From positions 135,098,001-135,162,000 of the forward strand of contig OX597817.1 in the NCBI GenBank assembly GCA_951406725.2: a DNA stretch of 64,000 nucleotides, given 5' to 3'. The translations under genes were made by a program, and so were the position numbers. The notes under the pieces were generated by a model that had not been told where the DNA came from, ran no database searches, and worked only from the letters and a program-made list of their open reading frames with translations. Of this stretch, positions 55,743 through 64,000 are shown one piece after another. The DNA is from Octopus vulgaris (Eukaryota). Positions within the stretch are counted from its first letter, which is position 1. Every line of letters starts with the position of its first letter.

Positions 55743-56333
55743 CACATACATACATACATACATACATACATACATACATACATACACACATACACACACG
55801 CATACATACATACACACATACATACATGCACACATACATACATGCAGACATGCATATATACACATACATACATACATACATACATACACACATACACACA
55901 TGCATACATACATACATACATACATAAATACATGCATGCATACATACATACATACATACATGCATACATACATACACACATGCATACATACATACATACA
56001 TACATACATAAATACATGCATGCATACATACATACATACATACATGCATACATACATACACACATGCATACATGCACACATACATACATGCAGACATGCA
56101 TATATACACATACACACATACACACACGCATACATACATACACACATACATACATGCACACATACATACATGCAGACATGCATATATACACATACATACA
56201 TACATACATACATACATACATACATACATACACACATACACACATGCATACATACATACATACATACATAAATACATGCATGCATACATACATACATACA
56301 TGCATACATACATACACACATGCATACATACAT

Positions 56334-56374
<41 letters not shown>

Positions 56375-56395
56375 AATACATACATATATATGCAT
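55743..56395. repeat. ~650-bp degenerate (CATA)n array with higher-order repeats
   Basis: The unit CATGCACACATACATACATGCAGACATGCATATATACAC occurs three times. Confidence 0.95.
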
Positions 56396-56529
56396 ATAAG
56401 TAAGTAGAGACACTTTACGCATGTATGTACATCAATACGTGTATGCGATTTTATAGTATTATATATACGTCTATATATATGTATGTATGTGTGTATAAAT
56501 ATGCGTTTATAAATATATGTATAATATAC

Positions 56530-56562
<33 letters not shown>

Positions 56563-57284
56563 GACACGCGCACACACATGCATGTATATCTATAAGCGTA
56601 TGTGTGTATCTATATATGTATGTATTTATATGTACGCGTGTGTGCGTAAGTTGTATGTATGCGCATATCATATAATCTCATAAAAGATAAATTCAAAACG
56701 GTGTCAATAAATACGAGTCGATTGCTGTTTGCAAGCCTGCTCAATCTCATATTTGGTTTCGATATTTATTTGTTTGTTCTACGCTTTACGTGAGGTTTTT
56801 TTTCTTCATCTTCTTCTTGTTATCTCCCTTGAAACTCTTTTATTATTTCGCTTGAATTTTACCACGGAGCAATAACACAAACCGCCAGTAATAAATAGCA
56901 GCAATTCACACAAACACACACATATACACATATTTTTTTTACATATTATATATATCTATATATACTTGTATATAGAGTTATGTGTATATGTGTGTATATA
57001 TGTGTGTGTCCACGTGCGTGAATGCCGTTATGCTTGTACATCGGTGTGTGTGTATCTGTATGCGTGTGTGTGTGTGTGTGCATGGATGAATGGCAGAATC
57101 GATGGATGGCTGTGTGAAAACACGGCAGACAAATATTTGTATGATTGGTGAAAGTTGAATAATCTCTAGGTATGAATACACTTGTGTGTGTGTGTCCGTG
57201 TGTGTGTGTGTGTGAGTGTGTGTGTGCGAATGCATTTTTTCCTGTGTCTCTGTGTATATACGTGTGCGTGTACGTGAATACGCG

Positions 57285-57364
<80 letters not shown>

Positions 57365-57903
57365 ATATATATATATATCTTTACATACATATATTCATAT
57401 ACATATGATTACATACTTGTTTGTTTGCGCATGTGTGTGTATGTGGTGTGTGTGACTGTGATACGTATGTATGTTTGTGCCTGTGAAGCTATATACTAAA
57501 TAACAACAAAAAAACGAGAAATGGAAAGGGAGAAAGAAGTGAAGATTAACCCAGTAAGCAGCCGCCATATATAGACAAATATATATATAATCACAGAAAA
57601 TTAAATTAATTACACAATTAAGTAATTAATTTAAACATGAATTAATTAAATAGTTAAAGCAATGAAGACAGTAATCTTTTTTTTTTGTAATTGTTTTTGC
57701 TAGTGAAACGGTATTTAACTGTTGTTGTTGCTGTTGTTTTTATGAACTTTTGTCCTTGATTGGTTCTCCCCCTCTTTGTTTTTCATTTATCTTTTTAATT
57801 TATCGTATTTAATTAGATTTTATTTATGTCAGAATTTGAACCCGTGTCGAAAGATTGACGCAAGGCGGTAAACATCACCGGGACACGTTATATTTCATTG
57901 CAG

Positions 57904-58246
57904 GCGATCTTTTTTAAATAATTTATCATATAAAATTGGTCTAACACAGGTTTTAAATATAAGACTGACGGCAAAATTTATAGCTGTCGACCGAGGAAGA
58001 AATGTAGAGGAAGCAGAGTTGAAAATAATATAGGTAAAATGATAATTCCTCCGAGGAGGACGGCGAACATTTCGCTGGAATTCTTGAAGAAATATAGACG
58101 AGGTTATAGTGTTGCAGAAACATTGATAGGAATAATGCACCTGTCCACTCAGCTGGCAAAGATGAGTGTTCTTGCGACAGACCGAGATGATACTTGCGCT
58201 GCGGAAATCAGGAAACCGACCCTATGAGTGAAGGATCTATTATGCG
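57904..58246 (+). other. Possible exon ending MSEGSIM + CG|GTGAGT
   Basis: Acceptor-like TTTCATTGCAG at 57893-57903 and consensus donor at 58247; unique sequence. Confidence 0.2.
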
Positions 58247-59429
58247 GTGAGTCACGTCAAATGAATAAGGAGATTGTTATAATTACAGCTGAAGAACATT
58301 TCTTCCAAATTTTGGCACAATGTTAACAATTTTGAGGAGAAGAGGAACTCGATCAAATCGATGCCAGAGCTCAAATTATTTTATTGACCCCGAAGGGACG
58401 AAAGGTAAAGTCGACCTCGACGACATTTACTTAGATATGTTTCAGCCAAAGATTTTCCCATGTAAATGTCAACTTATAAGCACCACCTGATAGGATCAGC
58501 CATTTTAAAGTCAAGTTTAGTGGTATCGTGTCCCGTTCAAGTAGGGAGTTGTTGTTGACTGAGATATATCCATGTGTTCCGTGAAGAAATTTTCCTGATT
58601 TCGTCTTTTTCTTCGTTGATTTGTTTTGGGATAATGTTAAATGGAGCAGGATTTGTTGAGGAAAAGAAATTGTGTTGCCGTGAATTTATGTCTTGTGAAC
58701 ATGAATTGTGTAGGGGGTGTATGGCACGTGGCCCCGATCTTGGATGTATTCTGAATTCAACATTAAGGTCGTTTGGGCAAAGCTGGTGGTATATCCTATT
58801 ACATTGTACAATTTTTGTAGTGATCACCGCGGCGCTGGAAAGAATAAAGTTACAATGTTTTAAAGTGGTCCCAATAATTAAGATTAGTCATGCCTTGATC
58901 TCAGAACGTAAAGGGCCAGAAGCAATGCATTTAAGCATTTTTTCGTTCCGCTGTCACACATCTGAAAAATATTAAAACAGAAAGACAACACGGGACATAG
59001 AGATGATCCGATCTTGCACCTACCCTTCCCTTCACCACCAATTTGTTGTAGGATTATCGCTGCCAAATGTTTGACCTTTTTGCGGAGGAGATGAAAATGG
59101 TAATACCAAGTGAATCGCTTCAGGTGATGAAAGGATTACTGGAACAGGGAATGTCCCATATTTTAAAGAACATTGGGGTGTAGATAGAAAGTAATGATCA
59201 GGTGTTTGAAGAGGTTTAGAGAGACAGGTGGGAAGTGTAAATAGCTCGATGATGAAGGGATCCGAACGGACCCCACCTCTATGGGGTGAGGAGGGGGGCA
59301 ACAGAGGAGATTAATTGGGGTGGATTGTTCGGAAATGTTTTGGATCATTTGGTTGCTTGGTGAAGAGTGAGTTTCTAGGGCAATTTGTCTTTGACAACTT
59401 ACAACAGCATCTTACAATAATCACAGAGT

Positions 59430-59780
59430 AGTGATGATGAAGTTGATGATGATGATGATTATAATGATGATGAGGATGATGATCCTGATGATCATGATGA
59501 TGGTCATGATCATGATGACGACGACGACGAGGACGAGAAGGACGAGGAGGAGGAGGATGACGATGATGACGATGATGATCATGATCATAAAGATCATGAT
59601 GATGACGACGATAACGACAATGACGATGGCGATTAGGATTGTGGTTCTGATGAGGAGGATATTGGAGATGATGATGAGGACGGAGATGATGTTGAAGAGG
59701 TGGTGGAAGAGGAGACGTGATAGGAAAGGAAAGTCATAAGGACGTGACAATGATGAAGACAATAGAAGACGATGATAATA
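59430..59780. repeat. Degenerate (GAT/GAC/GAG)n repeat
   Basis: Directly visible. Confidence 0.9.
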
Positions 59781-60247
59781 TATTGGGAGTGAAGAAAAAA
59801 ACGGGAGCCAAGGAGAGAAAGGAGAGACAGAGAGACTGACACAGAGAAAGAGCGAGAAAGGAAAAGAGAGGCAGAAAGGTGGGTGATAAAGGGAATTTGG
59901 TATAAAATATTTGGTATAAAATATTTGGGATAAAACAGAGCCTGTTCATGTGTTGAACTGATTTCGATCAGGTATAATTAGATCCCTTGGTTACAATCTT
60001 CTTACTTTAACAAATACAGAAATAAGCAAATAAATTAATAAATACATAAACCAAAAGAAAATTAATTTTTTTTTTAATGTTAGAAATAGACTCTGCACAT
60101 TTTGGCGTGCATCGTAACACGATCGAGGGGGAAAGCGTGAGTAAAACCAGTGAAAGAGGGGACAAAGTATGTCGTGAATTGAGTTGTTTTGGATCGCCTT
60201 CAATTATTGGGTTGTAATAACGCTACTCGCTTTAACAGCTTTGTTTT

Positions 60248-60284
60248 ACGTGCGCCATTTTCTCTGACGTCAGTGCTGACGTCA
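60248..60284. promoter_or_regulatory. Tandem full CRE sites with adjacent YY1 motif
   Basis: TGACGTCA at 60265-60272 and 60277-60284; CGCCATTTT at 60253-60261. Confidence 0.55.
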
Positions 60285-60633
60285 TGAGCACCGAATGAAC
60301 GACAGCCATTGAAGAAAGCAGTTTAGCGAACAGCGTTTGAAGTAAAAGCATTCACAAGATACTTGTTACCGATCCAAGGTTGAAGGAATTTTTGCTAATT
60401 AACTATTTAAAGTAATAAAATTAATAAGGTTTTTAACACCGAGCTTGCTTTAATGTGCGACAGCAAAAGAAGATAAAACACAATAAAAAGTGTGGAGGGG
60501 GGGGGAAGAAATGTCGATATAGTGAGATATCGTATGTCTACACGTATGTGTATGTTGAGAGACAGAGAGATGTGCACACACACACAAGCGCGCGTGCGTG
60601 ATAACGATATATGCGTATTTTAAATAGACATAT

Positions 60634-60702
<69 letters not shown>

Positions 60703-60977
60703 CGGGCAAGTTGTACATATATATTATAGACTGCGTGCTTATCAGTAAGTACATAATGCATTGTATTTCAAATTATCCACATATATAGACATTCCGCTTT
60801 TCATATGCAAATACGCACATACGCGTAAGGACGTACACACACACACACACACTCATGCATTGAAACACGTGTATGTCTGGATGTATTTAGTATAAGCTGC
60901 GCGTGGAATAAAGCGTGTGTGCATTTGCACGGGCATGTGGTGTGTAAGTAGGTGTGCAGTAGAAACAGGTCTGCGTG

Positions 60978-61017
<40 letters not shown>

Positions 61018-61414
61018 ATGTGTGTATTGGCAAAAAGAGAAATTCTTATTTTTCAAGCTTTACACTTTACAACAATATTTGAAGTCAGTTTTTGAGTATG
61101 GAGTGGAATTTGAATGGATTACTTCCCCTGTTGTAATCCTACTTCGCTGTCTCCCCCTTCCCGGGGAAAATATATGAATTCCTTCCTTCCTGTTCCTTTG
61201 TCATAAGAAATTTATTTGTTGATTTTAATCTGTTTTTTATCAATTCCCATTATTTGTTGCAAAGGAGAGTAAATCGCCGTAGTTTAAGGGTTAGTGTGCG
61301 ACCAACGAATATTGGGGGAGGGGGAGGTATTTAATCCGTAATCGAGACACATTTCTATTCAAATGACTCACAATAGATACCAGATGATACGAACAAATCA
61401 GAACTGGTTCTGTG

Positions 61415-61532
61415 GATGTTGCTGTTGCTGCTGCTACTGTTGCTCCTGCTGCTGCTGTTGCTGCTGCTGCTGATGATGATGATGATGCTGGTGGTGGTGG
61501 TGGTGGTGGTGGTGGTGGTGGTGGTGGTGATG

Positions 61533-61577
<45 letters not shown>

Positions 61578-61590
61578 CGACGATGATGTT
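61415..61590. repeat. Compound (GCT)n(GAT)n(GGT)n(GAT)n repeat
   Basis: Directly visible. Confidence 0.92.
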
Positions 61591-61929
61591 TAGTCAATCT
61601 TAACTGATTAAAAAAAAGCATTCCCGTTATGGCTCTGCCCGATGACACATCGAGCATTGTGTACCTCGGAGTACATTATACAGTGTATCTATTTGTGTTT
61701 AAGCTCGAAGGACACGAGTTGAGGTGATGCTTTGGCTGCTAATTTTAGCATGTTGAACAACTATGTAAATACTATCTCATTGCTTCACACGTGTGTCGGT
61801 AGGTGGCGAGCAGCGAATTCGATTTTTCCTGTGGGTCTACTTGGAATTACCAGAGAATTTGCAGCCAGAGATGATGAGACCAGTTGTAGAGTTTTTACTT
61901 GGTTCTAACAACTTTATATATATTAATTT

Positions 61930-62066
61930 CAAATTTTAGCACAAGGCCAGCAATTTAAGTGGAGGAGATAAGTCGTTTACATCGACCTCAATATTTAACT
62001 GGTACTTAATTTATCGACCCCGAAAGGATGAAAGGCAAAGTCGACCTTGGAGGAATTTGAACTCAT

Positions 62067-62157
<91 letters not shown>

Positions 62158-63030
62158 TCGATATATCTGTTATCTTTTGTTTCTGACGTTAAACTGCGGC
62201 CATGCTGGGACACCGTCTTGACGTGTTTAGTCGAACTAATCGAACCAAGAACTTATTCTTTGTAAGCCTAGTACTTATTCTGTCGTTCGTTTTTGCCGAA
62301 CCGCTAAGTTACGAGGTACATACATACTCTCCAAAACCTATAATTACTTTATCGACATCGTAAGAAGGAAAGACAAAATCGACCTCGATGGAATTTGAAC
62401 TTCGTGAAGACGATTCTCTTCTTCTCTGGTCACAAGAGCCGAAATTTTGGGGGTGAGGGCCAGTCGATTATATCAACTCCAGTACGCAACTGGTACTTAA
62501 TTTACCGACCCCAAAAGGATGAAAGGCGAAGTTGATCTCGGCGCAATTTGAAATCAGAACGTAAAAAACAGACGTAATATCGCTAAGAATTTCGCCCGGC
62601 GTGCTAAGCTTTCTGCCAGCTCGCTGCCTTAAAAAATCTTTTCTACTCTAGGCACAAGGCCTGAAATTTGAGGGGAGGGGAATAGATTAGATCGAACCGG
62701 TACACAACTGGTACTTAATTTATTGACACCGAAAGGATGAAAGGCAAAGTCGACCTCAACGGAATTTAAAACCAGAATGTAAAAACCGACGAAATACCTA
62801 TTTCTTTACTACCCACAAGGGGCTAAACACAGAGAGGACAAACAAGGGCAGGCAAACGGATTAAGTCGATTATATCGACCCTAGTGCGTAAATGGTACTT
62901 AATTTATCGACCCCGAAAGATGAAAGGCAAAGTCGACCTCGGCTGAATTTGAACTCAGAACGTAACGGCAGACGAAATACTGCTAAGCATTTCGCCCGGA
63001 TTGCTAGCGTTTCTACCAGCTTGACGCCTT
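61930..63030 (-). mobile_element. Dense cluster of SINE family A copies plus a family B tail (62170-62315)
   Basis: At least five occurrences of a GAAAGG(C/A)AAAGTCGACCT-like motif, all on the minus strand. Confidence 0.88.
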
Positions 63031-63201
63031 TATGTCGACTAATAAAAAATAAAAACTATTTTATTGTTTTTACATTAAACTGTAGACAGATTCAGCACTT
63101 TTGTATAGTGTACATATTTCTATTCCATTTTTACCAGAAGGCGGTGTCAGTGACTTTGAAGTATGCTCAGTTTGCCTGTTCCATATGTATATATATATAT
63201 A

Positions 63202-63350
63202 CTAGCAGAGATATCCGGCGTTGTCCGGTTACATTCAATTGAAGAATTAGACTTTTCTGTTATATTTTCTGAATGAACTGGAATATCTATGTTTCGAATT
63301 TCATCAAAATTGCAGATAAGGGTTATTTCCCTCTTTACACACCCTAAAAA
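63202..63350 (-). mobile_element. Helitron-like 3' terminus
   Basis: Minus strand CCGG ACAACG CCGG hairpin, 9 nt, then CTAG followed by T. Confidence 0.5.
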
Positions 63351-64000
63351 AATTGTAATCGTGCCACATGGAAACCAAAAGATGAATGATCACAATAAGC
63401 AGTCAGTTACCCTACCCTAGCTGTTACCACTCCCAATGTAGGATTCCTCATCATCCAGGTGACAGGCACAGTCGTAAGATGCATTACGAATCTATAGCAA
63501 TTGGAAGGGCGTGACCCAACTGAAATCAACATTAACAACTGTGTGACGTGAGGGCTTAGGAGAAATTAAAGTGTCACCTCTGGAGTTTGCAAATGACCAC
63601 TATACTGATACGTAACTGGACAGAATGAATTTAGAATCTATAAATGTCTTTGAATAACCAGTCACTCATCTGGGAAGGCCATGAAATGAATGTTACCATC
63701 CGGGGACTATGTGTGACTGCGTGATAATAAAAAAACTGAAAGGAGGTCTGCAATCAAATAACTTTACTCAACACTTTGCAACTGAATCAGTAGAGACAAA
63801 GATGCCTCTCATTTACTTAATTTATGCACCACATGCAGAAATCATAATGTAAGTGTATGTCAAAGCAAACTGTTACACTGTTGTACCATTAAATTAGAAA
63901 TAATGCCCAACTTTTATGCTCGGGTAACCCTACAGCTTCCAAGAGCACAACTGTATTCGTTTTTGCTCAGATAAAATGACAAAATTGTGGGTGTTAAGTC

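Noticed and set aside
55645-56583. 200-280 aa ORFs (YVCM/HTYI repeats) and all similar YIYI, LSIY and poly-I/L/N ORFs
   Set aside because: Translations of (CATA)n, (TA)n, (GATA)n and (ATT)n arrays that lack stops by construction.
58540-59400. 133-aa Cys-rich ORF (58574-58975)
   Set aside because: Its 3' end runs into a SINE fragment; the opposite strand has only a weak HRGGV hint of a decayed LINE endonuclease. Not supportable either way.
59430-59780. Poly-Met/Asp or poly-His coding exon
   Set aside because: Degenerate trinucleotide repeat with no recognisable splice context or domain.
61930-63030. CRISPR-like regularly spaced repeats
   Set aside because: These are tandem SINE copies in eukaryotic DNA; the intervening sequences are homologous rather than unique spacers, and there are no cas genes.

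Overview
AT-rich eukaryotic DNA saturated with microsatellites ((TA)n, (CATA)n, (GATA)n, (TAA)n, (CA)n). The tRNA-derived SINE families resemble those I associate with octopod cephalopods (Octopus); this is an inference from the repeats only. I found no recognisable intact multi-exon CDS, and almost all long ORFs in the track are translated microsatellites. The window holds dozens of SINEs plus decayed LINE (CR1, Tx1/L1, R4/Dong-like, RTE-like), Penelope-like (PLE), Tc1/mariner and Helitron fragments. The strongest unexplained signals are: (1) about eight minimal type I hammerhead-ribozyme motifs of different sequence families, mostly with palindromic stem III, several in long inverted repeats or 50-120 nt upstream of (TA)n arrays; (2) different retroelement clades sitting in different microsatellites; (3) a 220-codon decayed reading frame of unknown, possibly viral, origin at 37.3-38.0 kb; (4) candidate promoters and short phase-2 first coding exons of a minus-strand gene whose body would lie left of the window. 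Coordinates were read by eye, so boundaries of decayed repeats are approximate.
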